Of a DNA stretch of 64,000 bases, positions 1 to 10,361 are shown piece after piece. The stretch covers positions 128,001 to 192,000 of the forward strand of contig JBFMCP010000001.1 in assembly GCA_040754455.1 (NCBI GenBank). The letters run 5' to 3'. The notes beneath the pieces were generated by a model. The model made no database searches. It had not been told where the DNA came from and was given only the letters and a program-made list of their open reading frames with translations. The position numbers and the translations under genes were made by a program. This DNA is from Nitrospirota bacterium (GTDB lineage Bacteria; Nitrospirota; Thermodesulfovibrionia; Thermodesulfovibrionales; Dissulfurispiraceae). The first letter of the stretch is position 1, and every line of letters starts with the position of its first letter.

Positions 1-1146
1 CCTGAGAAAAACATAGTTATCTGCGAGATAGCGGTAATCATCGTGCCCTATGAACCCTTTCTGGAGCACCATATACAATGATTTCAGCGTACTTCTCTCT
101 CTCAGGAGGGGCTCTCTCCCACCGTACAGCAGCTGAAAGATCTGAATGAAGAATTCGATCTCCCGTATGCCGCCGTAGCCCCGCTTTATATCCCTGCTCA
201 ACGTCACCGGTTTTATCTGCTCCACCTGGGATTTCATCCTCCGGATTTCATCAATGGCATCAAAGCCGAGATACTTTCGATAGACAAAGGGCGCGACCAT
301 TTTCAGGAATTCGTTTCCAAGGGTCTGATCACCCGCAACCGTTCTTGTCCTGAGCAGCGCCGCCCGCTCCCAGATCTGCCCCCAGGATTCATAGTATTCT
401 TCATATCCCCGCAATGAGAGGGCAAGGCTCCCCCACTGTCCCTGCGGACGCAGCCGCAGATCAACCCGGTAGGCAAAGCCGTCACCGGTATTAGAGGAGA
501 GGAATTTCGTATATTCCTCGACCAGCTTCGTGTAATACTCAAGCACGGAAATCCTGTTCATAGTGACGCCCTGCACCGTCGGCACGCCGCTGGTTTCCCC
601 CTCATCCCGATAGACAAAGATGATATCCACATCGGAGCTGTAGTTGAGCTCCTGCGCTCCCAATTTACCGAGTCCCATGACCGCCAGCGCATTGTCCACC
701 GGTACGCCGAAGCGCTGCCTGAGATGCGTATCGACAAAGGTGAGCGACTCTTCAAGAATGGCGTCGGCGAGCGTACTCAGGTCCAGCACCAGCTCCTGGA
801 ACTCTGCTTTCTTGAGGATATCCTTAAGGGTGGTGATCAGGAGCTTCTCCTTCTTGAACAGGCGGACAGCCTTCATCCCTTCAGCAAGCGTACTGCAGGA
901 CTGAAAGGAAAGCCGTAGTTCTTTGCAGAGCACTTCATAGTCAAAAGGCGCTCCCATCGCTTCCAGTGCGTGAAACAATGACTCAGGGTGATAAATACAA
1001 TAATTTGCAAGGAACTGGCTGTGAGAAAAAAGCAACGCGCTCTGCTCGAGAGCACTTTTAAGTTTTTCAGCGTAGCCGGGATTTTCGGTGAGAAAGGCTT
1101 CTATGTTCCTTTGAGCCCGCTCGGGGTCAGGACAAAAAGAGAACAC
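1..1146 (-). CDS. glnE: Glutamine synthetase adenylyltransferase (5' part; runs off the window)
   Basis: Hand translation: GTG at 1146 gives (M)FSFCPDPERAQRNIEAF..., in frame with AVRLFKKEKLL...LSTLADAIL and the GlnE motif GYGGIREIEFFIQIFQLLYGG near 120-185. Missing from the ORF track because no stop lies in the window. Confidence 0.88.
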   Translation of the reverse strand, partial: MFSFCPDPERAQRNIEAFLTENPGYAEKLKSALEQSALLFSHSQFLANYCIYHPESLFHALEAMGAPFDYEVLCKELRLSFQSCSTLAEGMKAVRLFKKEKLLITTLKDILKKAEFQELVLDLSTLADAILEESLTFVDTHLRQRFGVPVDNALAVMGLGKLGAQELNYSSDVDIIFVYRDEGETSGVPTVQGVTMNRISVLEYYTKLVEEYTKFLSSNTGDGFAYRVDLRLRPQGQWGSLALSLRGYEEYYESWGQIWERAALLRTRTVAGDQTLGNEFLKMVAPFVYRKYLGFDAIDEIRRMKSQVEQIKPVTLSRDIKRGYGGIREIEFFIQIFQLLYGGREPLLRERSTLKSLYMVLQKGFIGHDDYRYLADNYVFLR

Positions 1147-1152
1147 TTTTCC

Positions 1153-1995
1153 TTATCTCTCACTCTGCCATAGACGTGGATCAAGGGCATCTCTCAAACC
1201 CTCTCCCACCAGATTATAACTCAGCACAGTGACCAGAATGGCAAGGCCGGGGAAGAGCGAGAGCCACCAGGCAACGGTGATGTTGTCTTTGCCCGCAGTG
1301 AGAATATTCCCCCAGCTGGGTTCGGGGGGTTGTACACCGAGCCCGAGAAATGACAATCCTGATTCGGTAAGGATCGCTCCGGCAATACCAAAGGTGGCCG
1401 CTACAAACACGGGAGAAAGCGCATTCGGAATGATATGCCGCACCATAATGCGAAAATCTCCGGCGCCGATTGCCCTGGCTGCCAGAACAAAATCGCGCTC
1501 CTTCAAGGTAAGGAATTCAGCACGTACGAGTCGGGAAACATCCATCCAGCCGGTGAGACCAATGACGATCATAATCGTCGAGATGCTCGGCTCGACAACA
1601 GCGATCACGGCGAGGATTAAAAAGAAGGTCGGAAAAGCGAGCATAATATCGACAAAACGCATAAGCAGTGCATCGATCTTTCCTCCGTAGTAACCGGCGA
1701 GGGCCCCGAGCATAGTGCCGATGGAAATGGCAATGCCGACCGCGATAAAGCCCACTTTGAGCGATGCGCGGCTGCCCCAGATCATGCGAGAAAGCACATC
1801 CCTCCCCAGCTCGTCCGTACCGAAGAGGTGGGAGGCACTGGGAGGAGAGAGGACATTATAGACATTAATCGCTGTCGGCGTATAAGGTGCAATAATCGGC
1901 GCAAGGAGGGCAATTGAGGCAAGCACCAGAATAATCACAAGCCCCGCTACTGCAAGTGAATTTTTTTTGAACCGTTTCCAGATTAAATGCAGCAT
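1153..1995 (-). CDS. oppC: Oligopeptide ABC transporter permease (OppC/DppC type)
   Basis: HLFGTDELGRDVLSR, EFLTLKERDFVLAARAIGA loop, GLRDALDPR C-terminus. Confidence 0.9.
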   Translation of the reverse strand: MLHLIWKRFKKNSLAVAGLVIILVLASIALLAPIIAPYTPTAINVYNVLSPPSASHLFGTDELGRDVLSRMIWGSRASLKVGFIAVGIAISIGTMLGALAGYYGGKIDALLMRFVDIMLAFPTFFLILAVIAVVEPSISTIMIVIGLTGWMDVSRLVRAEFLTLKERDFVLAARAIGAGDFRIMVRHIIPNALSPVFVAATFGIAGAILTESGLSFLGLGVQPPEPSWGNILTAGKDNITVAWWLSLFPGLAILVTVLSYNLVGEGLRDALDPRLWQSER

Positions 1996-2970
1996 CTACT
2001 TCCTCACCCTTATCCTCGGATCGACCAACGCATACGATACATCAGCAATGAGATTGCCGATCAGCGTCAATATCGCTCCGATCACCAGTATTCCCATGAT
2101 GGTAGGATAATCCCTCGACATGGTAGATGCATAAAAGAGCTGTCCCATGCCCGGTATGGCAAAGATGGTCTCAAAGATGACCGCGCCGCCGATAAGCCCT
2201 GGGACAGCGAGACCGAGAATCGTGACAATGGGGAGGAGGGCATTCCTCACGGCATGGTGGATAATGACATCCGATTCTTTGAGCCCTTTAGCCCGCGCTG
2301 TCCGTATATAATCCTGCCTGATCACCTCGAGCATACTCGAACGGCTGTATCTGCTGAAGCCGGCGATGCCGCCGAAGGCGCTCAGCCCCACCGGCAAAAC
2401 AAGATGTTTTGCCCAGTCGAGCACCCGCTCAAAAAAACTCATGCCCGACACATCGATGCTCTGTATTCCTGAGATGGGGAGCACCCCGAGGGTAACGCCG
2501 AAGATGATCATCATAATGAGGGCGAGCCAGAAGGTCGGCGTCGAAAATCCGAGGAAGACAAAAATGGTAGTAAGCTTATCAAAGAGCGAGTATTGCCGCG
2601 TCGCCGAGAGCACGCCGATCGGGATCGCGATGCTCATGATCAGCAGCAATGACAGGACATTGATCGTAAGGGTGATCGGAATTCTCTCCTTGATCTTGTC
2701 GACCACCTTCTTACCATCGACAAAGGAAGTCCCAAAATCGAGCTTTACAAACCGCTTGAGCCAATCGAAATACTGCACATGAAGCGGCTTGTCGAGGCCA
2801 TAGAGCTTTTTGAGGTTCTCCCGTGCCTGCGCCGAAGCCTTGAGGGACATCTCGGTCTCGACCTCCACCGGTCCGCCGGGGGCGAGATGGATGACGGTAA
2901 AGGTGATAAGGGTGATACCAAAGATGAGAGGGACCATTAACAAGAGACGTTTAATGATATATGCGATCAT
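1996..2970 (-). CDS. oppB: Oligopeptide ABC transporter permease (OppB/DppB type)
   Basis: Start taken as [10 protein letters not shown] (ATG 2970); [27 protein letters not shown] motifs. Confidence 0.9.
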   Translation of the reverse strand: MIAYIIKRLLLMVPLIFGITLITFTVIHLAPGGPVEVETEMSLKASAQARENLKKLYGLDKPLHVQYFDWLKRFVKLDFGTSFVDGKKVVDKIKERIPITLTINVLSLLLIMSIAIPIGVLSATRQYSLFDKLTTIFVFLGFSTPTFWLALIMMIIFGVTLGVLPISGIQSIDVSGMSFFERVLDWAKHLVLPVGLSAFGGIAGFSRYSRSSMLEVIRQDYIRTARAKGLKESDVIIHHAVRNALLPIVTILGLAVPGLIGGAVIFETIFAIPGMGQLFYASTMSRDYPTIMGILVIGAILTLIGNLIADVSYALVDPRIRVRK

Positions 2971-3039
2971 ATTTATATAATAACAAAACTGGACGGAATA
3001 ATAAGAAATCGAACCATGAGGAAACTTTGATAACAAACA

Positions 3040-3185
3040 AAGGCAGGGAGGGGTGCGGAAAGGAGCTTTCTCGCGCTTCCTTAGCTTCCACTAAGGATTC
3101 ACATTCTTGATAACTGTTCTTTGAGGCACATCTATTCCAATAAATTGCGCATGAGAAAGCTCCTTGGAGTGCCCCTCCCTGCCTT
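3040..3185 (+). ncRNA. Structured intergenic element, copy A (candidate ncRNA or miniature mobile element)
   Basis: Perfect 14-bp terminal inverted repeat (3040-3053/3172-3185), 13-bp inner stem (3060-3072/3153-3165), GCGC stem and internal hairpin CCTTAG-N6-CTAAGG; homologous to elements at 4127, 11388 and 63948. Confidence 0.55.
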
Positions 3186-3214
3186 CACCATATATGCCAT
3201 GATTGAAAATACCT

Positions 3215-4000
3215 TCAGCAGCTATATAGCTCCTGCATCTCTTCCGTATAGCTGCCGTTCTCGTTGTAGATCAGCAATGGCTTTTCCACAACAAGCCCCA
3301 GGCGCGCGCCCTTCACCGCTTCAACGAGGACCATCTTTGCCTCTGTATCCGCTTTGGAATGAACAAATCGCAGGCGCTTCGGTTCCATACCATTGCCCTG
3401 CAGAGCGCCCATGATCTCGGTCAGCCGTTCGGGGAGATGGACCATGACGAACCTTCCGTTATGTTTGAGGAGCAACGAGGCGGCCTTCGTAAGTTCCGGC
3501 AACGGCAGCCTGACCTCGTGCCGGGCAATCGCCCTCTCGTCACCGGGACTGATCTTTCCTGACGATGCCTTCCGGTAGGGAGGGTTTGAAACAACGAGAT
3601 CGTACGTACCAACTAATGCGCCGTAGTCATGGGCTGCCTCTCCCTTGGGAACCTCGTGGATCCCCTTTGATTGCAGATCCATTGCCACTGCATGCCATGC
3701 AAACAATTCCTTTATATCGGCGTTGATGACCTTTACCCTGTCTTCAAGCTTATTGATAGCGACATTCTTCTCAGCAAGCCTGGCAAGCCCCTCCTGCAGT
3801 TCGATCAGGACAACCTTCGACTCAGAATATTTTCTTGCGAGGAGAAGCCCTATAACACCGGAACCGGCACCAAGATCAGCAATCCTTTTGGCGTGGGGAA
3901 GATTAACAAAGGAGTAAACAAGCAGCGCATCTACCGAAAACCGGTAGCCGCCTTTGTACTGATAGATATGTACGTCTCTTAAAAAATCAAGCGTTGTCAT
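3215..4000 (-). CDS. tRNA1(Val) A37 N6-methyltransferase-like SAM-dependent methyltransferase
   Basis: GYRFSVDA, DLGAGSG SAM motif, NPPY catalytic motif, AIARHE, EPKRLRFVH. Confidence 0.85.
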   Translation of the reverse strand: MTTLDFLRDVHIYQYKGGYRFSVDALLVYSFVNLPHAKRIADLGAGSGVIGLLLARKYSESKVVLIELQEGLARLAEKNVAINKLEDRVKVINADIKELFAWHAVAMDLQSKGIHEVPKGEAAHDYGALVGTYDLVVSNPPYRKASSGKISPGDERAIARHEVRLPLPELTKAASLLLKHNGRFVMVHLPERLTEIMGALQGNGMEPKRLRFVHSKADTEAKMVLVEAVKGARLGLVVEKPLLIYNENGSYTEEMQELYSC

Positions 4001-4126
4001 ATCTTACAGAATGCAGGACAGATATTCCAAAAAAGTTTTAGCACTGCCAGCAATTCTGATTAAAACATACATGTTGTTTACAAAACAACCATTCAGCGTC
4101 ATTTTGAAATATACGCTGGGTAATCG

Positions 4127-4274
4127 AAGGCAGGGAGAGGTGCTTCGAAGAGACTCTCCAGTATTACCTGAGGACATTAACCACAGCTATAGTTTTATCG
4201 AATGCCACTTTGATATGTAAATAAAACTGAGGTAACCAGTGCTTTGAAAAATCTCTGAGAGGCATCTACCCTGT
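4127..4274 (+). ncRNA. Structured intergenic element, copy B (diverged)
   Basis: 5' arm AAGGCAGGGAGAGGTGC is 16/17 identical to copy A; it pairs with the 3' arm GAGGCATCTACCCTGT through G-U pairs; inner stems TTACCT/AGGTAA and AGTTTTAT/ATAAAACT. Confidence 0.45.
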
Positions 4275-4280
4275 GATGAT

Positions 4281-5333
4281 CTACGATTCCTTTATCAACG
4301 TCATCAATGCTTCGAGCAGTTCTTCCTCTTTCACCTGCTTCACCACTTCGCCCTTCCTGAAGACAAGCCCCATCCCCTTGCCGCCGGCGATGCCGAAATC
4401 AGCCTCACGTGCTTCGCCTGGCCCGTTCACCACGCATCCCATGACGGCAACGGTGATAGGCTCTTTCATGTCTTTGAGCGCGCTCTCTACCTTCTGCGCA
4501 AGCGGTCTCAGATCGATGCAGCATCTGCCGCAGGTGGGACAGGAAACGATCTCAGGCCCTCTCTGCCTCAGGCTGAGCGACTTCAGGATTTCATAGGCAA
4601 CCCGCACCTCTTCCTCCGGCTCTGCGGAGAGGGAGACGCGCATGGTATCGCCGATGCCTTCCGAGAGCAGGATGCCGAGGCCGACCGAGCTCTTGATTAT
4701 GCCGGTAAACGAAGGGCCCGCCTCGGAGATGCCGATATGGAGTGGATAATCATACCGTTCAGAAAAGATACGGTACGCCTCGATAGTCTTAACAACATTC
4801 GATGCTTTGAGCGATACTTTGATATGGGAGTAACCCAGTTCTTCGAGAATCCGTATATGACCTTCGGCGCTCTCCACCAATGCCTCTGGTGTAGGATGAC
4901 CGTATTTCTCGAGCAGCTCTTTTTCGAGAGAGCCGGCATTGACTCCGATCCTGATTGGCAGGCTGCGTTCTTTTGCCGCAACCACCACCTCTTTCACCTT
5001 CCACTGCGCGCCGATATTTCCCGGATTGAGCCTCAGGCCGTCGATACCCTGAGTGATCGCCTCGAGCGCCAGCCGCCAGTCGAAATGGATGTCGGCGATC
5101 ATCGGGATGCTTACCTCTTTTTTGATCGCCCCGAGGCTTTTTGCCGCATCCATATCAGGCACTGCAAGTCGTATAATCTCACACCCTGCAGATTCGAGAG
5201 AACGGATCTGCGCAACCGTCGATGGCACATCCCTTGTATCGGTCTTGGTCATTGATTGGACCGAGATCGGATTGCCGCCGCCGATGGCCACACTTCCGAC
5301 GTGCAGTGTTCTTGTTGTCCTTCTCTTGATCAT
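4281..5333 (-). CDS. ispG: 4-hydroxy-3-methylbut-2-en-1-yl diphosphate synthase
   Basis: VQSMT, ADIHF, RLNPGNIG, RIGVNAGS, SCPTCGRC, MGCVVNGPGE. Confidence 0.97.
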   Translation of the reverse strand: MIKRRTTRTLHVGSVAIGGGNPISVQSMTKTDTRDVPSTVAQIRSLESAGCEIIRLAVPDMDAAKSLGAIKKEVSIPMIADIHFDWRLALEAITQGIDGLRLNPGNIGAQWKVKEVVVAAKERSLPIRIGVNAGSLEKELLEKYGHPTPEALVESAEGHIRILEELGYSHIKVSLKASNVVKTIEAYRIFSERYDYPLHIGISEAGPSFTGIIKSSVGLGILLSEGIGDTMRVSLSAEPEEEVRVAYEILKSLSLRQRGPEIVSCPTCGRCCIDLRPLAQKVESALKDMKEPITVAVMGCVVNGPGEAREADFGIAGGKGMGLVFRKGEVVKQVKEEELLEALMTLIKES

Positions 5334-5339
5334 TGATGC

Positions 5340-6416
5340 TTACTTCTTTTCATTCTGGGCTACTGCAGGAGCGGCAAAGATATTTGCTCCGGATTGGGCT
5401 GCTGCTGCCTGGATGGCCCTGAATCGCTTGACCGCCTCAGCGTGCTCTTTCCAATCCCTCGAGAAATAGTGGGTACCGTTCCCCTGGGAAACAAAATAGA
5501 GGTACGGTACATTTGCAGGGTACAACGCAGCAATAATGGACTTCAGCCCCGGCGATGCAATGGGCCCCGGCGGCAATCCCTGTATCACATAGGTATTATA
5601 ATCGGTTTTGCGTTTGAGATCGTTTATCGTAATTTTCTCCTTCGAGCTTTTCACACCGTAAATTGCCGTGGGGTCTGCCTGGAGCGGCATGCGTTTCTTG
5701 ATCCTGTTGTGGTAGACCGCCGAGATGATGGGCCGCTCTTCATCGACAATAGCCTCTTTCTCGATGATCGATGCCATGGTGAGCACTTCCCGTTCACTCC
5801 ATCCCATCTTCTTTGCACGATCCTTCATTTTCGCCGTATAACTCTCTCGCAGGGTACTCACCATCATTCTCACCACCGCCTTCAGTGAAGCGCCTTTCGG
5901 AACCTTGTAGGTTTGGGGAAAGAGATATCCCTCGAGACTGGGGGCGTCGATCCCGAGCTGGCTAAGGAACGCCTGATCTTTCACAAGATCATTAAAATCA
6001 TCAACAGACCCTATCTTGTATGCAGCGAGCTTCCGGCCTATCTCCAGCAGGGTGTCTCCCTCGACGATGGTAATCTCATATTCGATAATCTTGCCCGAGA
6101 CCAACCGTTTGAAGACCTGGAAAGGGCTCATCTTTCCCAGAAAAGAGTAATAACCAGCCCGTATCTTTCTATCCAGCCCCGTGATTTTCCCTATAACAAT
6201 AAACAGCATCCTGTCACGTATAAGATTTTGCTGCTTGAGAATAGAGAGCGCCTGTTTCAAAGTCGTACCTTCGGGGATCTGCACTTCGACCTGCGGACTC
6301 CCGATGCTGCCGATATCGGAGGGCACAAAAAGCTGAACCCCGATATAGATTACGAAGATGGCAAAGATAGCCGTTACGAGTATTTTGGCGTTATTTTTAA
6401 CGGTTATTTTTTTCAT
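5340..6416 (-). CDS. mltG: Endolytic transglycosylase
   Basis: N-terminal TM helix, LEGYLFPQTY, ASIIEKE, LQADPT, YNTY..GLPPGPI. Confidence 0.95.
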   Translation of the reverse strand: MKKITVKNNAKILVTAIFAIFVIYIGVQLFVPSDIGSIGSPQVEVQIPEGTTLKQALSILKQQNLIRDRMLFIVIGKITGLDRKIRAGYYSFLGKMSPFQVFKRLVSGKIIEYEITIVEGDTLLEIGRKLAAYKIGSVDDFNDLVKDQAFLSQLGIDAPSLEGYLFPQTYKVPKGASLKAVVRMMVSTLRESYTAKMKDRAKKMGWSEREVLTMASIIEKEAIVDEERPIISAVYHNRIKKRMPLQADPTAIYGVKSSKEKITINDLKRKTDYNTYVIQGLPPGPIASPGLKSIIAALYPANVPYLYFVSQGNGTHYFSRDWKEHAEAVKRFRAIQAAAAQSGANIFAAPAVAQNEKK

Positions 6417-6519
6417 GGTCTCTTTACGTTATCGGAAAGGGGGTTGCAAAATTGAGCGAGGGCTCTTTTTTCTAATGTTAACAAATCCTTCCCTTAAACT
6501 ACAAATGCAAAGCTCCTTA

Positions 6520-6553
6520 TAAAAAAGGGGGCGATCGGATCAACCGCCCCCTT
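6520..6553 (-). terminator. Intrinsic terminator after groEL
   Basis: AAGGGGGCG..CGCCCCCTT stem with an A-run on + (U-run on -). Confidence 0.7.
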
Positions 6554-6602
6554 CCTCATTTTCATTCTGTATTCTTTATTCTGAATGCTGGCTTCTGCCT
6601 TT

Positions 6603-8237
6603 TTAGTACATGCCTTCCATGCCGCCGTGCGGCATAGCGGGCATCTTCTTCTCCTCTTCCGGCAGCTCGGTGATCATGACCTCGGTGGTAAGCATGAGGC
6701 CTGCAACGGATGCCGCATTCTGGAGCGCCGACCTCGTGACCTTGGTCGGATCAATGATGCCGGCCTTCAGCATATCGGTGAATTCCTCTTTGTAGGCATC
6801 GTAACCGTAATTAGCCTCTTTGGATGCCTTTACCTTCTCGACGATGATCGCGCTCTCGATGCCCGCATTCTGAATGATCTGCTTGATCGGCTCCTCAAGC
6901 GCCTTCTTCACAATCGCAACGCCGAGCTGCTGATCATGGTGATCGAGCTTCATCTTATCAATAGCCTTGATACACCTGAGGAGAGCCACACCTCCGCCCG
7001 GAACGATGCCCTCTTCGACCGCTGCTCTCGTTGCGTGGAGCGCATCTTCAACTCTCGCCTTCTTCTCTTTCATCTCTGCCTCGGTGGCTGCGCCGACGTT
7101 GATCACGGCAACACCGCCGACCAGCTTTGCGAGCCGTTCCTGGAGCTTCTCCCTGTCGTAATCAGAGGTGGTCTCTTCGATCTGGGCCTTGATCTGCTTT
7201 ACCCTGCCCTGTATCTTCGCGGAGTCTCCTGCACCCTCGACGATGGTGGTGTTCTCCTTATCGATGGTGATCTTCCGCGCCCTCCCGAGATCCTGGAGCT
7301 TTACATTCTCGAGCTTGAGCCCCAGGTCTTCGGAGATAACCGTACCACCAGTAAGGATGGCGATGTCCTCGAGCATTGCCTTCCTTCTGTCACCAAAGCC
7401 CGGTGCCTTGACTGCAGCAACCTGAAGGGTACCACGGAGCTTGTTCACGACGAGGGTAGCGAGCGCCTCACCTTCAACTTCCTCGGAGATGATAAGAAGG
7501 GGTTTGCCCATCTTTGCAACCTGCTCGAGAATCGGCAGGAGGTCCTTCATGCTCGATATCTTCTTATCATGAAGGAGAATGAACGCATCGTCGAGCACGC
7601 ACTCCATCCGGTCGGGGTCGGTGATGAAGTAAGGGGAGATATAGCCTCTGTCGAACTGCATACCCTCGACCACATCAAGGGTGGTAGCCATGCCCTTTGC
7701 CTCTTCAACCGTGATAACGCCGTCCTTGCCGACCTTGTCCATCGCATCAGCAATCAATTCGCCGATCGTGGGATCACTGTTGGCGGAAATGGTGCCGACC
7801 TGGGCGATCTCCTTCTTGTCAGCAACCTGCTTGCTCATTGCCTTCAATTCGGCAATGACGCTTTCTACTGCCTTGTCGATGCCTCTCTTGAGGTCAATGG
7901 CATTGGCACCGGCGGTAACGTGCTTCATACCTTCTTTATAAATTGCATAGGCGAGAACAGTTGCCGTGGTGGTGCCGTCACCGGCAACATCGGAGGTCTT
8001 TGAAGCGACCTCTCTGAGGAGCTGCGCGCCCATGTTCTCGTAGGGGTCTTTGAGCTCGATCTCCTTTGCAACAGTAACGCCGTCCTTGGTGATATTCGGC
8101 GCACCGAATTTCCTGTCAATGATAACGTTTCTGCCGCGGGGGCCGAGGGTTGCCTTGACCGCATCGGTCAGGAGAGTAATACCTTTCAACATCGATTGCC
8201 GTGCCGTTTCATCGAATAAGAGCTGCTTTGCTGCCAT
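6603..8237 (-). CDS. groL: Chaperonin GroEL
   Basis: [24 protein letters not shown]-type C-terminal tail. Confidence 0.99.
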   Translation of the reverse strand: MAAKQLLFDETARQSMLKGITLLTDAVKATLGPRGRNVIIDRKFGAPNITKDGVTVAKEIELKDPYENMGAQLLREVASKTSDVAGDGTTTATVLAYAIYKEGMKHVTAGANAIDLKRGIDKAVESVIAELKAMSKQVADKKEIAQVGTISANSDPTIGELIADAMDKVGKDGVITVEEAKGMATTLDVVEGMQFDRGYISPYFITDPDRMECVLDDAFILLHDKKISSMKDLLPILEQVAKMGKPLLIISEEVEGEALATLVVNKLRGTLQVAAVKAPGFGDRRKAMLEDIAILTGGTVISEDLGLKLENVKLQDLGRARKITIDKENTTIVEGAGDSAKIQGRVKQIKAQIEETTSDYDREKLQERLAKLVGGVAVINVGAATEAEMKEKKARVEDALHATRAAVEEGIVPGGGVALLRCIKAIDKMKLDHHDQQLGVAIVKKALEEPIKQIIQNAGIESAIIVEKVKASKEANYGYDAYKEEFTDMLKAGIIDPTKVTRSALQNAASVAGLMLTTEVMITELPEEEKKMPAMPHGGMEGMY

Positions 8238-8278
8238 ATTGTGCGATCCTCCTTTTTTCCTTTTCCGTTATCCGGTAA

Positions 8279-8542
8279 TTACTCGATAACACCTAAAACA
8301 TCTTCTTCCTTCATAATTAAATATTCCGTACCATTGAGCTTTATCTTGGAGCCCGAATATTTATCGAAGAGCACCTGATTGCCTGCCTTCAGCTCCTTCA
8401 CCTCAGATCCGACTGCCTCTACCGTGCCTTTCTGGGGTTTTTCCTTTGCCACATCCGGCACATAGAGACCGCCGGCAGTCTTCTCCGCTTCCTCTTCCAA
8501 ATACTTGATAACAACCCTGTCCTTAAGCGGTTTAATCTTCAT
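8279..8542 (-). CDS. groS: Co-chaperonin GroES
   Basis: [24 protein letters not shown]; directly upstream of groL; GGAGG RBS. Confidence 0.97.
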   Translation of the reverse strand: MKIKPLKDRVVIKYLEEEAEKTAGGLYVPDVAKEKPQKGTVEAVGSEVKELKAGNQVLFDKYSGSKIKLNGTEYLIMKEEDVLGVIE

Positions 8543-8636
8543 ACCGTAACAACCTCCTTATAATTTATGATGGTGTATTATTTTTTCAGCCCTCCTCGAA
8601 AATCGATTCCAGGCTGATATCCAGAAGGGCAGTTTG

Positions 8637-8663
8637 TTAGCACTCAATGCCGTTGAGTGCTAA
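8637..8663. promoter_or_regulatory. CIRCE operator (HrcA binding site)
   Basis: Exact TTAGCACTC-N9-GAGTGCTAA upstream of groES, next to a TTGCCA..TATATT promoter-like sequence on the minus strand. Confidence 0.97.
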
Positions 8664-8761
8664 TATAACCTGAAAGGGAGGGCAGTGGCAAGGCTTTCTT
8701 GAGATGGATAAGGTCGATTATTGCTGATTATCGAAGCTTTTTGGCATTTTTTTGCGATTTT

Positions 8762-9439
8762 TCATAAAAATCGCGCTCTTTTTCTTCGGGGGCGCCAGAG
8801 CTTGATCGTGAGGATTCCTGCCAGAAAGCCCCCTACATGGGCAAACCAGGCAACACCCCCCTGCTGCAAGACCCCTGCACCGAGGATACCGTTGAGGAGC
8901 TGGAGCACAATCCAGAAGCCGAGCACGATAAGAGCGGGGATGCGCACAACCTGCACGAAAAAGCCGAAAAAGATAAGCGTATGGACTCTGGCATGAGGAA
9001 AGAGCAGGAGATAGGCCCCCAGTATCCCCGAAACCGCACCGCTGGCGCCGATCATGGGGATCGTTGATTGGGGATCGGTCAAGGCATGGCCATAGGCAGC
9101 CACAACGCCGGAAAAGAGATAGAACAAAAGGAACTTGAAATGACCGAGGGAATCCTCGATATTATTGCCGAATATCCAGAGGTAGAGCATATTGCCGGCG
9201 ACATGGAGAATGCCTCCGTGAAGAAACATGGAGGTAAAGATGCTCAGCACCGGGGGAATAGGCTGTGCACCCTGAAACGTAATAATATTGTGCGGGATAG
9301 CGCCATAATAAAAAGCGATCTGTTCCGCTGCCGAAGGCGTTATGGCCTCCCAGATAAAAACAAGTATATTTATTATTATCAACCCTACGGTAATGACCGG
9401 AAATGTCTCGGTCGGATTGTCGTCCTTAAAGGGAATCAT
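8762..9439 (-). CDS. Rhomboid family intramembrane serine protease
   Basis: SMFLHGG, HVAGNM, GASGA catalytic Ser, AHVGG catalytic His. Confidence 0.95.
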   Translation of the reverse strand: MIPFKDDNPTETFPVITVGLIIINILVFIWEAITPSAAEQIAFYYGAIPHNIITFQGAQPIPPVLSIFTSMFLHGGILHVAGNMLYLWIFGNNIEDSLGHFKFLLFYLFSGVVAAYGHALTDPQSTIPMIGASGAVSGILGAYLLLFPHARVHTLIFFGFFVQVVRIPALIVLGFWIVLQLLNGILGAGVLQQGGVAWFAHVGGFLAGILTIKLWRPRRKRARFL

Positions 9440-9578
9440 GCCGTCTCCTTATGCAACTCGTCTTGCCGGGCGTGTATGCAGCATGCACCTGCTGCAGTTG
9501 AAGTCTGCGCTATATATATTACACATAAATCGGTTCCATATAATAGTATAATAGAAGATTATTCTTGGGAGGCGTTGC

Positions 9579-10361
9579 ATGATTCCCTATCCTCGGATAG
9601 ACCCTGAGATCATACGAATCGGCCCGGTTGCGGTCCGATGGTACGGCCTGATGTACCTCCTCGGCTTTGCTGCATCCTATCTCCTGGTGAAATATCAGAT
9701 CAGGAAAAAGGGGTTGCAACTCGGCAAAGACGCGGTGGAGTCTCTTTATTCATATCTCATCCTCGGCCTCCTGATCGGAGCCCGGCTCGGTTATGTGGTG
9801 TTCTATAATCTTTCTTACTATGCTCACCATCCACTGGAGATATTTGCAGTCTGGCAAGGGGGCATGTCCTTCCACGGAGGGCTGATAGGGAGCGTGCTTG
9901 CAGGATTCCTGTTCTGCAAAAAATACCGCTTCGACTTCTGGCAGCTTGCCGACCTTGTCATCGTTACTGCCCCTATCGGACTCGGCTTCGGCAGGATCGC
10001 CAACTTTATCAATGCGGAACTCTACGGCCGGCCTGCCGATGTGCCCTGGGCCATGGTCTTCCCCGGTGGCGGACCGCTCCCGCGCCACCCCTCGCAGCTC
10101 TATGAGTTTTTCCTCGAAGGCGTTGTCCTCTTTGCAATCCTCTGGATCGCGAAAGATAAGATAGCGAGGACAGGGATTCTCACAGGGCTTTTCCTTTTAT
10201 GCTATGGCATCTTCAGATTCTTCGTTGAGTTTTTCAGAGAGCCGGATCCACAGTTGGGCTTTGTGCTCGGCATGTTTACCATGGGACAGATATTGAGCTG
10301 GTTTATGGTATTCGTCGGGTTGGGGATTATCTCTATCCGCAGAAAGAGGCAGGCAGGGTAG
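9579..10361 (+). CDS. lgt: Prolipoprotein diacylglyceryl transferase
   Basis: RWYGLMY, GGMSFHGG, GRIANFINAELYG, RHPSQLYE. Confidence 0.97.
   Translation: MIPYPRIDPEIIRIGPVAVRWYGLMYLLGFAASYLLVKYQIRKKGLQLGKDAVESLYSYLILGLLIGARLGYVVFYNLSYYAHHPLEIFAVWQGGMSFHGGLIGSVLAGFLFCKKYRFDFWQLADLVIVTAPIGLGFGRIANFINAELYGRPADVPWAMVFPGGGPLPRHPSQLYEFFLEGVVLFAILWIAKDKIARTGILTGLFLLCYGIFRFFVEFFREPDPQLGFVLGMFTMGQILSWFMVFVGLGIISIRRKRQAG

Noticed and set aside
1144..1155. glnE in frame with oppC across a single TAA (possible read-through fusion)
   Set aside because: An AAGGA SD-like sequence and a GTG follow the stop, so ordinary translational coupling explains it.
6585..8003. 472-aa ORF antisense to groEL, and similar long shadow ORFs such as 55934-57187 and 35747-36742
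   Set aside because: Codon-bias shadows of well-identified genes on the opposite strand, with no recognisable motifs.
8674..8703. Resemblance of AAGGGAGGGCAGTGGCAAGGCTTTC to the 5' arm of the element family
   Set aside because: No complementary 3' arm; the sequence is explained as the groES promoter beside CIRCE.
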